NCBI GenBank assembly: GCA_965221775.1
Contig: CBDCSU010000006.1
Coordinates: 32,001-96,000, forward strand
Reading direction: 5' to 3'
Length of the DNA stretch: 64,000 nt
Source: Candidatus Latescibacterota bacterium
Lineage (GTDB): Bacteria; Latescibacterota; UBA2968; UBA8231
Part shown: piece after piece, positions 15,869 through 24,740 of the stretch
Numbering within the stretch: position 1 is the first letter of the stretch
Layout: every line of letters starts with the position of its first letter
Translations under genes and position numbers: made by a program
The notes under the pieces: model-generated
What the model saw: only the letters and a program-made list of their open reading frames with translations
Database searches by the model: none
What the model was told of the DNA's origin: nothing

Positions 15869-17581
15869 TTGCGCCGCCGCATCCGTGGCAGCGACTCCTC
15901 CCCCGGGCGCCTGCTCCAGGCGCCCGGGGGCTTTTTCTTTGCCCTGGCGACAATCCCCTCCCTGCTGTCGTGCGCCGACCCGGTCCCGGACCGGGCAACG
16001 GAGGGAGGCCCGCTGTTCGTCGACGTGGCCGACGATGCGGGGCTGCACCGGCCCCACGTGGGCGGCACGGCGGAGAAGGGCTACATCGTGGAGGCCAAGG
16101 GTGGAGGCGTCGCCGTCCTCGACGCCGAGGGCGACGGCGATCTCGATCTCTACTGGGTGAATGGGGCGACGCTGGAAGATCCCCTGGGGGCGGGAAACGC
16201 CCTCTACCGCAACGACGGCAAGGAGGGGTTCCGCGATGTGGCCGCCTCCGCGGGCGTCGTGGGCCGCGGCTGGGGCATGGGGGCCCTCGCCGCCGACTTC
16301 GACAACGACGGTGACTCCGACCTCCACGTCACCTGCCTCACCCACAACCTGCTGTTCCGCAACGACAGCGGCCGCTTCGCGGAGTGGGGGTCCCGGGCCG
16401 GTGTGGACCTGCCCCTGTGGAGCACGGGAGCAGCGGCCGGCGACTACGACCTGGACGGGGATCTCGACCTCTACGTGGCCAACTACGTGGACTTCGACCC
16501 CGACAGCGTCGCCCACCTCGGCACCCGCTGGAAGGGTGTTCCCGCCTTCATCGGCCCCCTGGGCCTGCGCGCCCTCCCCGACCGCCTCTACCGCAACGAG
16601 GGCGACCGGTTCACCGACGTGAGCGCTCCCTCCGGCGTGACCGGCGTGGACCCGGGTTACGGGCTGGGCGTGCTCTTCGCGGACCTCGACGTCGACGGCG
16701 ATGCCGACCTCTACGTGGCCAACGATTCGTCGCCCAACTTCCTCTTCAGCAACGATTCGCGTGGCCGGTTCAGCGAGACGGGCCTGGGGGCGCGCGCAAG
16801 CCACGGCGCCATGGGCAACGCCCAGGCCGGCATGGGGGTCGCCGCCGGCGACTTCGACGGCGACGGACTCCCCGACCTGCTGGTGACCAACTTCGACGAC
16901 GACTACAACACCCTCTACCAGAACCGGGGCGGCGCCACCTTCGAGGATGTCAGCTTTGCCGCCGGCCTGGGGCGCGAGGGCCTCCCCTTCGTCGGTTTCG
17001 GGGCCGCCTTCCTCGACTACGACCGCGACGCCGACCTCGATCTCTTCGTCGCCAACGGCCACGTCTACCCCCAGATCGACACGTCGGGCACGAACTCGAC
17101 GTACGCCCAGGCCGATCACCTCTTCGCCAACGTCTCGGGCCGCTTCGAGCGGGTCCTCCACGACGGTTCGGACCCCTTCGGCCCGCCTCGAGTCAGCCGC
17201 GGAGCGGCGGCCCTCGACTTCGACGACGACGGCGACCTCGACCTGTTCGTGGCCCACCTCGACGACAGGCCCGCCCTCTACCGCAACGACGCGCCGGGAG
17301 GCAACTGGCTGGGACTCCGGCTGGTGGGTGTTCGCAGCAACCGGGAGGGGATCGGGGCCCGGGTGGCCGTCCACGCCGGAGGCCAGCGGCAGGTTCGTGA
17401 GAGCCGGCGCGGCAGCAGCTTCCTCGGCAGCGAGGACCCACGCCTCCACTTCGGGCTGGGCGCGGCCACTCTCGTCGACAGCCTGACCGTCCACTGGCCC
17501 GGGGGCGGCGTGCAGGTCCTCACCGCCGTCTCGCCGAATCAGTACCTGGTTGTGACACAAGCGGCTTCCGCCAGCCGTTGA
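15869..17581 (+). CDS. CRTAC1-family FG-GAP repeat + ASPIC/UnbV lipoprotein
   Basis: Likely start TTG 15869 (MRRRIRG...FFFALATIPSLLSC; lipobox LLSC). Repeated DFDNDGDxDL/LYRN motifs, QAGMG, SRGAAALDFDDDGDLD, and C-terminal SNREGIGARV...LHFGLG...VHWPGG. Start uncertain. Confidence 0.85.
   Translation: MRRRIRGSDSSPGRLLQAPGGFFFALATIPSLLSCADPVPDRATEGGPLFVDVADDAGLHRPHVGGTAEKGYIVEAKGGGVAVLDAEGDGDLDLYWVNGATLEDPLGAGNALYRNDGKEGFRDVAASAGVVGRGWGMGALAADFDNDGDSDLHVTCLTHNLLFRNDSGRFAEWGSRAGVDLPLWSTGAAAGDYDLDGDLDLYVANYVDFDPDSVAHLGTRWKGVPAFIGPLGLRALPDRLYRNEGDRFTDVSAPSGVTGVDPGYGLGVLFADLDVDGDADLYVANDSSPNFLFSNDSRGRFSETGLGARASHGAMGNAQAGMGVAAGDFDGDGLPDLLVTNFDDDYNTLYQNRGGATFEDVSFAAGLGREGLPFVGFGAAFLDYDRDADLDLFVANGHVYPQIDTSGTNSTYAQADHLFANVSGRFERVLHDGSDPFGPPRVSRGAAALDFDDDGDLDLFVAHLDDRPALYRNDAPGGNWLGLRLVGVRSNREGIGARVAVHAGGQRQVRESRRGSSFLGSEDPRLHFGLGAATLVDSLTVHWPGGGVQVLTAVSPNQYLVVTQAASASR
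15900..15940 (+). terminator. Rho-independent terminator
   Basis: Perfect 14-bp stem CCCCCGGGCGCCTG/CTC/CAGGCGCCCGGGGG followed by CTTTTTCTTT. Confidence 0.8.
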
Positions 17582-17606
17582 CAGGTCGAACCCCTCCCCG
17601 TAACGT
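17578..17606 (+). promoter_or_regulatory. sigma70 promoter
   Basis: TTGACA (17578-17583), 17 nt spacer, TAACGT, about 25 nt upstream of the next ATG with a GGGAGGA RBS. Confidence 0.6.
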
Positions 17607-17630
17607 GGTCGCAACGCCAGGGAGGATCCG

Positions 17631-18416
17631 ATGCTTGCCGAGACCGTCCACCGCCGACTGCCTACCTGCCTCCAGGGCCTGCGGGCTGCCACGGCGGTCC
17701 CAGCCCTCGCCTTGGCGCTGCTCACCGCCTGCGGGGGCGGCTACCACCACTACGCCGGCCCCTTGCGTCCCATCGACGACCAGGACCCCGCCATGACGAT
17801 CGCCGATGACGGCGGCGTCACCTACGTGCAAGGCCGGCTCGAGGTCCGGATGCGGCCCCTGACCGATGAAGAGCTGAACCGGCAGTTCGCCTCCCTGTCG
17901 AACTCGGGACCGCGGTCGACCAACCCCTACACCTTCGGCGACCACCAGTTCTACGAGGGCCAGGAGACCCGCCAGCGCTTCACGGTCTTCAGCCTCGGCG
18001 TCAAGAACTACGCCTACCCCAAGGTGCAGCTCGACCCGACACGCATCGAGCTGGCCGCGTCCAACGGGCGCACTTACTGGAGCCTCCGCCACAAGCAGCT
18101 CGAGCGCTACTACCGGGCCTACGCCATCGGCTTCCGGGGCAACGAGTACGCCCGGTTCCGGGCGCGCCAGGATCTGCTGCTCAACACGATGTTCCCCTCC
18201 GAGCCGATCTTCAGCGGCCAGGAGGTCGGCGGATTCGTGGTCTTTCCCGCCCTCCATCCCGACGTGGACCACATGCGGGTCGTCCTCCACGGTGTCAACC
18301 TGCGCTTCGACTACCGCAACGAGCCGGTCGAGAGCGTCGACATCGCCTACGAGTTCGTGCGCGACGTGGGCCGCCTCTACGCCGACGGCACCGTGGAGCT
18401 CACGGCGCGGGACTGA
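17631..18416 (+). CDS. hypothetical lipoprotein
   Basis: RBS GGGAGGA; lipobox LALLTAC; high GC3; no recognised domain. Confidence 0.75.
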   Translation: MLAETVHRRLPTCLQGLRAATAVPALALALLTACGGGYHHYAGPLRPIDDQDPAMTIADDGGVTYVQGRLEVRMRPLTDEELNRQFASLSNSGPRSTNPYTFGDHQFYEGQETRQRFTVFSLGVKNYAYPKVQLDPTRIELAASNGRTYWSLRHKQLERYYRAYAIGFRGNEYARFRARQDLLLNTMFPSEPIFSGQEVGGFVVFPALHPDVDHMRVVLHGVNLRFDYRNEPVESVDIAYEFVRDVGRLYADGTVELTARD

Positions 18417-18432
18417 TTCCCCGGGCGTGGAC

Positions 18433-19614
18433 GTGGCGACCTCCGCCGAGTTCTACACCTACCCGTGGGACCTGTCGGATGAGGGCGTCGAGGCGGCCTC
18501 CGGGGTGATCGCCGACACCCTCGGCCCCGGAGGCGGCGTGCTCCTGACCCTCAGCTACCACGTCTCCACCTACTTCTCTCCCCACAACCCGACGCGGAAG
18601 ATCTACTTCGGGGAGGAAGGCGCCGTCTATTTCCAGCCCGACGAGGGCCTCTACGGCCGCACCGAAATCCGCCCCCTCGTATCCCATCTCGTCAGCGGCC
18701 CCGACTACATGCCCGGCCTGGTGCGCGGCATCGGCGAGAGCGGGCTGGAGTTCTCCGCCTGGGCGATCTACCTCTACAACCACCACCTCTCCCAGGCCTT
18801 CCCCGGCACGGCCCGGCGCGACTGCTTCGGCCAGCCCCACCTCGGCCAGTTGTGCCCCGCCCATCCCGACGTGCGCGCCTATGCCGTGGCCCTGACCCGC
18901 GACATGGTCCGCTTCGCTCCGCGGCACGTGCAGATCGAGTCACCCGGCTACCTGGGCTTCGGCTACGGCTTCCGCAACCCGAAGGTGGCCGTGGCCATCG
19001 ACCCCTTGCACCAGTTCCTGATGGGGTTGTGCTTCTGCCGCCACTGCATCGACGCCGCCAACGGCGCCAACCTCGACGGAGAGCGGTTGCGGGCGGAGGT
19101 GGCACGGGATCTGGACCGCGACCTGCGCCCGGACCCGGGGCACGGAGCGGCCCACAAGGGAGACCGGGAGGACTGGATCGAGGGCGCCTACGATGGCCGG
19201 CTCAAGGGCTACCTGGAGGCCCGGGTGGACACCGCCACCTCTCTCTTCGAGGAGGTCTCCGCCGCCGTGCGTGAGGGCGGCGCCGGGGTCACCTTCTTCG
19301 GCTCCCTGGACCGTGGCGTCACCGGCCTCGACCGGCACCGGGTGCTGGCCTGCGTCGACGCCGTGTACACCTCCGTGCCCGGCCCGCCGGAGGAGGCCGA
19401 CCAAGGGGTGCAGCAGCGGCGGGACGAGCTGACGCCGGAGGTGCGCCTGGTCTCCATCGTGCGTCCGGGCGGCTTCGAGAGCGAGTCGTACACCCGGCGG
19501 CTGATCCAGGCCCAGGCCGAGGCCGGGGTGGACGGATTCGCCTTCTACACCTACGGGCAGCTGCGCGAGCATCACCTCCACTGGATCCGGGGAGCCCGTG
19601 ACGCCTGGTCCTGA
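18433..19614 (+). CDS. putative glycoside-hydrolase-like TIM-barrel protein (YPWD / CFCxxC type)
   Basis: Start re-called at GTG 18433 (or 18427). Motifs YTYPWDL, LCPAHPDVRAY, LCFCRHC and terminal GVDGFAFYTYG resemble GH10-like/GH42-like barrels. Function is inferred. Confidence 0.6.
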   Translation: MATSAEFYTYPWDLSDEGVEAASGVIADTLGPGGGVLLTLSYHVSTYFSPHNPTRKIYFGEEGAVYFQPDEGLYGRTEIRPLVSHLVSGPDYMPGLVRGIGESGLEFSAWAIYLYNHHLSQAFPGTARRDCFGQPHLGQLCPAHPDVRAYAVALTRDMVRFAPRHVQIESPGYLGFGYGFRNPKVAVAIDPLHQFLMGLCFCRHCIDAANGANLDGERLRAEVARDLDRDLRPDPGHGAAHKGDREDWIEGAYDGRLKGYLEARVDTATSLFEEVSAAVREGGAGVTFFGSLDRGVTGLDRHRVLACVDAVYTSVPGPPEEADQGVQQRRDELTPEVRLVSIVRPGGFESESYTRRLIQAQAEAGVDGFAFYTYGQLREHHLHWIRGARDAWS

Positions 19615-21010
19615 GCTGATCCGGCTCTGCCGGTGGACGGCGCCGTGGCTGGTGTGGGCCGGTACGCTGGCCGCGGAAGACGACCACGAGCGGTTCCGCG
19701 GCGGAGACGTCGTCGCACTGGGCGGTCCCGCCCTGCTGCAGGCCCCGGACTCGGTGTCGGCCGCCGACTTCGGATACGTCCCGGCTGCAGAGGCGCCGCG
19801 GGTCGACGCCGTCCTCTACCCGGTCCCGCTGCGGGAGGAGGGCAACCTCTGGTCCCAGTGGGGCGACGGCCTGATCGCCAGCGACGGGCGGTTCTGGTCC
19901 GCCATCGGCGACCACGGCGGCCCCGGGGGCCGCAGCTACGTCTACGCCTACGACCCGGAGGACCGCCGCCTGGAGCTGGTCTTCGACCAGCAGCAACTGC
20001 TCGGGCAGCGGCAGGGGGACTGGGGGTTCGGCAAGATCCACTGCCGCCTGGAGGAGCTCGAGGACGGCCGCATCTGCTGGGGAACCTACTGGGGCAACGC
20101 GCCCCCCGAGGACTGGGAGCAGGAGAACGAGCACCACGGCATGGTGGTCGCCGCCGATCCCGTCTCCCGCCGCCTCGACGTCCTCGGGATCCTCCGGCGG
20201 CCGTACGTGATCCCGGCGGCCATGGCCGACACCCGCCGCGGCCTGTTCTACGCCCTGCCCTGCGACCGCAACTGGCAGGGGCAGGGGTTCGCCGTCTTCG
20301 ACCTGCGCCAGGGGCGCACGATCTACTACGGACATGTGGAGACCGAGGCCAGCCGGCGCTTCGTCCTGGTCGACGAGGCCGGCGGCGGCGCCTGGTTCTC
20401 GGTGCGCCCCGACACGTCACGGCAGGTGTGGCTGGCCCGCTACGACGCGGCCACCAACACCGTGGAGGAGCGCGCCCTGCCCCTTCCCGAGGGCTACGGC
20501 CCCATGCGCGCCGGCACCGAGAAGCGCGACGGCCGCGGCTTGTTCTACGGCGTCTGCGAAGGCCGCCTGGTGCGCATCGACCCGGAGGGGCGAAGCTCCG
20601 AGCCTCTGGGCGCGGTCTGGCCTGACCGAGGGGGCCTCCGCGAGAAAGGCGCGCACCGCGGTGCCTACACCACGGCCCTCGAGATCAGCCCCGGGGGCCG
20701 CTATCTCTACGCCGTGCCGTGGGCCCACGGCCAGGCCTGGAGCCACGGCGCCCCGGTGGTGCAGTTCGACCTGAAGACGCGTCAGCGCAAGGTCCTGGCC
20801 TTCCTCGGCCCCCTCTTCGAGAGCCGCTTCGGCTACCGCGTGGGCGGCTCCTACTGCCTGGAGCTGGACGCCGGCGGCGAGCGTCTGTTCATCGGCATGA
20901 ACGGACAACTGCTCGAGCCGGATGCGCGGCCGCCCGAGAGCGCCTTCGGCCATCCCGCCTGCATGGTCCTCCACATCCCTGCCCCGGAGCGCCTGAATGA
21001 CTCGCCCTGA
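19598..21010 (+). CDS. secreted beta-propeller-like hypothetical protein
   Basis: N-terminal hydrophobic segment; repeated YAYDP/VFDL/RYDA/RIDP/QFDL propeller-type strands; overlaps both neighbours, consistent with an operon. Confidence 0.65.
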   Translation: MTPGPELIRLCRWTAPWLVWAGTLAAEDDHERFRGGDVVALGGPALLQAPDSVSAADFGYVPAAEAPRVDAVLYPVPLREEGNLWSQWGDGLIASDGRFWSAIGDHGGPGGRSYVYAYDPEDRRLELVFDQQQLLGQRQGDWGFGKIHCRLEELEDGRICWGTYWGNAPPEDWEQENEHHGMVVAADPVSRRLDVLGILRRPYVIPAAMADTRRGLFYALPCDRNWQGQGFAVFDLRQGRTIYYGHVETEASRRFVLVDEAGGGAWFSVRPDTSRQVWLARYDAATNTVEERALPLPEGYGPMRAGTEKRDGRGLFYGVCEGRLVRIDPEGRSSEPLGAVWPDRGGLREKGAHRGAYTTALEISPGGRYLYAVPWAHGQAWSHGAPVVQFDLKTRQRKVLAFLGPLFESRFGYRVGGSYCLELDAGGERLFIGMNGQLLEPDARPPESAFGHPACMVLHIPAPERLNDSP

Positions 21011-21758
21011 GAGACTCCTCGTCCCGTTGCTGGTCCTGGCCTGCAGCCCTCCGCCGCTTCCCGCCGAGCCGATCCCCGACCACGTGCCGCGAGCCGTGGT
21101 GCAGCGCACGGCGGGTCCGATCGCCGTGGACGGCGTCCTCGACGAGCCCTCGTGGGCCGCGGCGCCGATGATCGACAGCTTCGTCTTCCCCTGGTACACC
21201 TCCGGGGCCAAGGACCGCACCGAGGCCCACCTGCTGTGGAACGACGAGGCTCTCTACGTCGCCTTCCGCGCCTTCGACCCCCACATCTCCGCCGTCCACA
21301 CCGAGCGCGACGACCCGGTCTCCAGGGACGACTGCGTCGAGGTCTTCATCGCCCCCGACACGGCCGACGTGAGCATCTACTACAACTTCGAGTTCAACGC
21401 CCTGGGCACGATTCTCGACCGCTCGCCGCGGGACGGGCGCAGCTCCGAGTGGAATGCCGAAGGCCTCCAGGTCGCCATCCGGATCGACGGCACCCTGAAC
21501 CAGGAGGACGACGTCGACAGCCTGTGGACCACCGAGATCGCCATCCCCTTCGACACCTTCGAGGGATTCGCGCCGAGGCTTCCCCCCGAGGACGGCGACG
21601 TGTGGCGCCTGAACCTCTACCGCACGGGCGGCGCCGTGAACCTGCAGTACATCACTTGGTCCGACACGGGCACCGAGAAGCCCCAGTTCCACGCGCCGGA
21701 GGGCTTCGGCGTGGTGCGGTTCTCCGATGGTCCAGTGGGCGCTCGCGGCACTCCGTGA
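20997..21758 (+). CDS. carbohydrate-binding family 9-like lipoprotein
   Basis: Lipobox LLVLAC; IAVDGVLDEPSW, LLWNDEALYVAF, DDCVEVFIAP, WTTEIAIPF, WRLNLYR and FHAPEGFG are typical of CBM9-like proteins. Confidence 0.85.
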   Translation: MTRPERLLVPLLVLACSPPPLPAEPIPDHVPRAVVQRTAGPIAVDGVLDEPSWAAAPMIDSFVFPWYTSGAKDRTEAHLLWNDEALYVAFRAFDPHISAVHTERDDPVSRDDCVEVFIAPDTADVSIYYNFEFNALGTILDRSPRDGRSSEWNAEGLQVAIRIDGTLNQEDDVDSLWTTEIAIPFDTFEGFAPRLPPEDGDVWRLNLYRTGGAVNLQYITWSDTGTEKPQFHAPEGFGVVRFSDGPVGARGTP

Positions 21759-22031
21759 ACGGGCGACGCCTCGAGCCCGGCCGGACTACGGGGGACCCGA
21801 CCCGGAGGTTTGTCCCCATGCAGGGTCGAGGTGATATTCCTCTTCAGCCACCACCGGAACCCGTGATCCCCCGAATTCGCCCCCCGGCGGCGCATCTGTG
21901 ACGAACGCGGTCCGTCGTCACGGACCTTCCGGGACATCTCCCAGGCACCCCGCGGGAGGAGCGCCCCACCCCGAAGGCGGAGACCCCGGCTCCACCGGGG
22001 TTCGTCGGGAGGAGATGCGGAGCCCTGGCGG

Positions 22032-23300
22032 ATGAACTTCCTCCGCGGTTTCTCGCTCACCGCCGTCTCGACCGGACTGGTATACACTCTCGGACTGGCA
22101 AACCAGTGGCTGCTGGCCAACCATCTCGGCAAGAACGGCTACGGGAAGCTGGCCCTGTGGTCCACCGCCGCCGTTGTCGGCGCCACCCTTCTGGGGGAGT
22201 GGCTGCGCCGCGGGACCACCTACGTGGTGGGGCGGGAAGAGGCCGGGGCCGAGGCGCGCGACAACGCGTTGATCTGTCTCCTGGTGCTTCTTGCGGCCAG
22301 CCTGGGGGGCGCCTTCCTCGGCGCCGGAGTGGTCTCTCGCCATCTGGGCCCGGAGGCCCTCTCCTGGTGGCCGCTGCTGGCGGTGCTCCCCACCCTCATG
22401 GTCCTGCAGCGTGCAGGCCAGGCGATCCTGCTGGGCATGGATCGCATCCGCCTGTACGCGGCGGTTCCCGTGATCTTCATCGCCGTCTACCTCGGGGGCA
22501 ACGCGGCGCTCCTGGCCGCGGGCGAGCTGCGCCTGCCGAACGCGCTGATCGCCTGCGCCGGGGGCGCCGGGCTGTCGGGTCTTGCGGCGTTTGCCGCGCT
22601 GAGCGGCTCGGGGAGGTTCACATGGGGCCACCGCCGGCTCCTGCAACGGACCCTGGCCGTGGGATGGCGCGGCGCCGTCTCCGTGTCGCTGGTCCTCCTG
22701 CTCCTGCGGGGGGACATCTTCGTGATCAAGCACTTCCTCGACGATGCCGCCGTCGGCAGCTACCGGGTGGCGCTCAACTTCGCGGAGATGATGCAGCGCG
22801 TGCCCGACGTGGCCGGCGCCGTGCTGCTGGCCAAGGTGGTGCGCGGCGAGGACGGTCAGTTGAGCCTGCGCGTCGCCAGGGGAATTCTGCTGTTCTCCCT
22901 GGTCGCCGCCGTCGCCCTCCTGGCGGCGGGCAGGCCCCTGATCGGCTGGTTCTTCCCACCCTATGGCGAAGCCTTCCTGCCCCTTGCGTGGATGCTGCCA
23001 GGGCTGGTCTTCCTGGGACTGGGCTCGGTCTGCAACACCAAGCTGGCGGGGCAGGGGTATCCTGCGGTCACCATGTGGGCGGCGGCCCTCGCTTTCGCCC
23101 TCAATGTCGGCCTCGGCCTCTGGCTCATCCCCGGGTGGGGACTGGTCGGGGCCGCCTGGTCGAAGTCGATCGCCTACACCGCCTGGGCCTTTCTCATCGG
23201 ACGACGCTACCTGCGCTCCGAGGGCGTTGGGTGGGGCGCGTTTCTCGTCGGTGGTGCGCGGCGCCGGCCATGGACCCGCGAGGCTGATCCCGGATCATGA
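22032..23300 (+). CDS. oligosaccharide flippase (Wzx/MOP superfamily)
   Basis: About 12 TM segments; LGKNGYG, RGDIFVIKHFL..AAVGSY and LIPGWGLVGAAW flippase motifs. Confidence 0.85.
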   Translation: MNFLRGFSLTAVSTGLVYTLGLANQWLLANHLGKNGYGKLALWSTAAVVGATLLGEWLRRGTTYVVGREEAGAEARDNALICLLVLLAASLGGAFLGAGVVSRHLGPEALSWWPLLAVLPTLMVLQRAGQAILLGMDRIRLYAAVPVIFIAVYLGGNAALLAAGELRLPNALIACAGGAGLSGLAAFAALSGSGRFTWGHRRLLQRTLAVGWRGAVSVSLVLLLLRGDIFVIKHFLDDAAVGSYRVALNFAEMMQRVPDVAGAVLLAKVVRGEDGQLSLRVARGILLFSLVAAVALLAAGRPLIGWFFPPYGEAFLPLAWMLPGLVFLGLGSVCNTKLAGQGYPAVTMWAAALAFALNVGLGLWLIPGWGLVGAAWSKSIAYTAWAFLIGRRYLRSEGVGWGAFLVGGARRRPWTREADPGS

Positions 23301-24740
23301 GCACCCTGGCCGACAGAGACTCGAGGGCCTTCTTCGACCGCCGCTGGTTCGTCCTCTTTCTCGTTCTCCAGGCCGCCCTGGCGGCGGGCAGCCTCTTCCT
23401 CACCTGGCTGCTGCCCGTCTTCGTCATCGGCGCCGTGTGCGCGGCGGCCTATCTCCTCGCTTCGCTGTCGAAACCCTGGCTCATCGTTCCTCTCGTGCTG
23501 CTCACCACCGGCCTCGACAGCACGGGCCGGCTCTTTGCCGAAGCGGGCAAGGTGGGGGGCAGCTTCTACCTGACGGGGTTCCACCTCGCCTTCGCCCTGC
23601 TGATCGTCGCCATGGCGGTGCACATCTGTCTGACGCGGCGTACCCGCTTCCCCGACTTCGAGATCAAGGCACCGCTGATCCTGTTCCTGGGTTGCATCGC
23701 CGTCTCCCTCACCTACTCGCCGAACCAGCCGGAGGCGACGGTCAGCTTCTTCAGACTCTGCGCCCTGGTGCTCTTCACCTACATGATCCAGATCGTCATC
23801 GACTCGAGGCAGACGGTGTCGGTGACCATCTGGTCGATCGTCGTCCTTACCGTGGCCGGGGCGGTCATGGGGACCTATCAGGTCCTGACCGGCCAGTTCC
23901 ACCTGCCCGCCGAGGTCATCACCGCCCTGGGGGGCAACGTGCCCAGGGCGACGGGCACGTTCCACAACCCCAACATCTTCGCCATCTTCATGATGGGCGG
24001 CGTGGCCGCTCCTGGCGGTGTTGCTCAACTTCCGCCAGCCCCTGTGGCAGCGGTCGCTCTTCGGCCTGGCGGTTCTGATCGGCGTCGGGGGACTCCTGGC
24101 CTCCTTCAGCCGCTCCAGCTGGGTGGCGATGGCCGTGGGCGTGATGGTCATGCTCTGGCTGAGCGGAAAGCTCCGCTACTTCTTCATTCTCGTCATCGCG
24201 TCGATCGTCCTGGTTCTGGGGATGAAGGAGTTCGTGCCCTTCGCCCAGTACATCTTCGAGCGCTTCATCTCCATCTTCACCCTCTTCGAGGAGTTCGGCA
24301 CCATCGGCCGCGCCTCCAGCACGGCGCGGATCTACCTCGTCATCGCCTCCCTGGACATGTTCCTCGACCATCCGGTCCTCGGCATCGGCTGGCGGGCCTT
24401 CCCCCACGTCTTTGCCGAGTACGCGCCGCCCGGGTATCCCCACTGGAGCTACGTCAACGAGCCCCACACGGTGGTGACCATGGTCCTGGGCGAGCTGGGC
24501 ATCGTCGGCTTCGCGGCCTTCATGTGGTTCGTCGGGCGGACCTTCTTCCTGAGCCTTCGTCGATTCCGAGAGATGGAGGACCCCTATCTGCGGGCCGTGA
24601 CCATCGGACTGATCTCCACTTTCGCGGCCTTTCAGGTCAACCAGTCCTTCAACGGCGACCTGTCCAACAACATGTTCTGGTTCTACATCGGGATGCTGTT
24701 CGCCGTGCAGCGCATAGAGGCCGCCTCGCGCTCCCCGTGA
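23297..24740 (+). pseudogene. O-antigen ligase/polymerase (Wzy_C) family protein with a +1 frameshift near 24006 (real or sequencing error)
   Basis: The N-half (to RATGTFHNPNIFA) is in the frame of 23297. The C-half (LLAVLLNF...SFSRSSW...DHPVLGIG...EPHT...ELGIVG) is in the frame of the 24018..24740 ORF. Length 1444 = 3n+1; removing one C from GTGGCCGCTC restores a 480 aa ORF. Confidence 0.8.
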
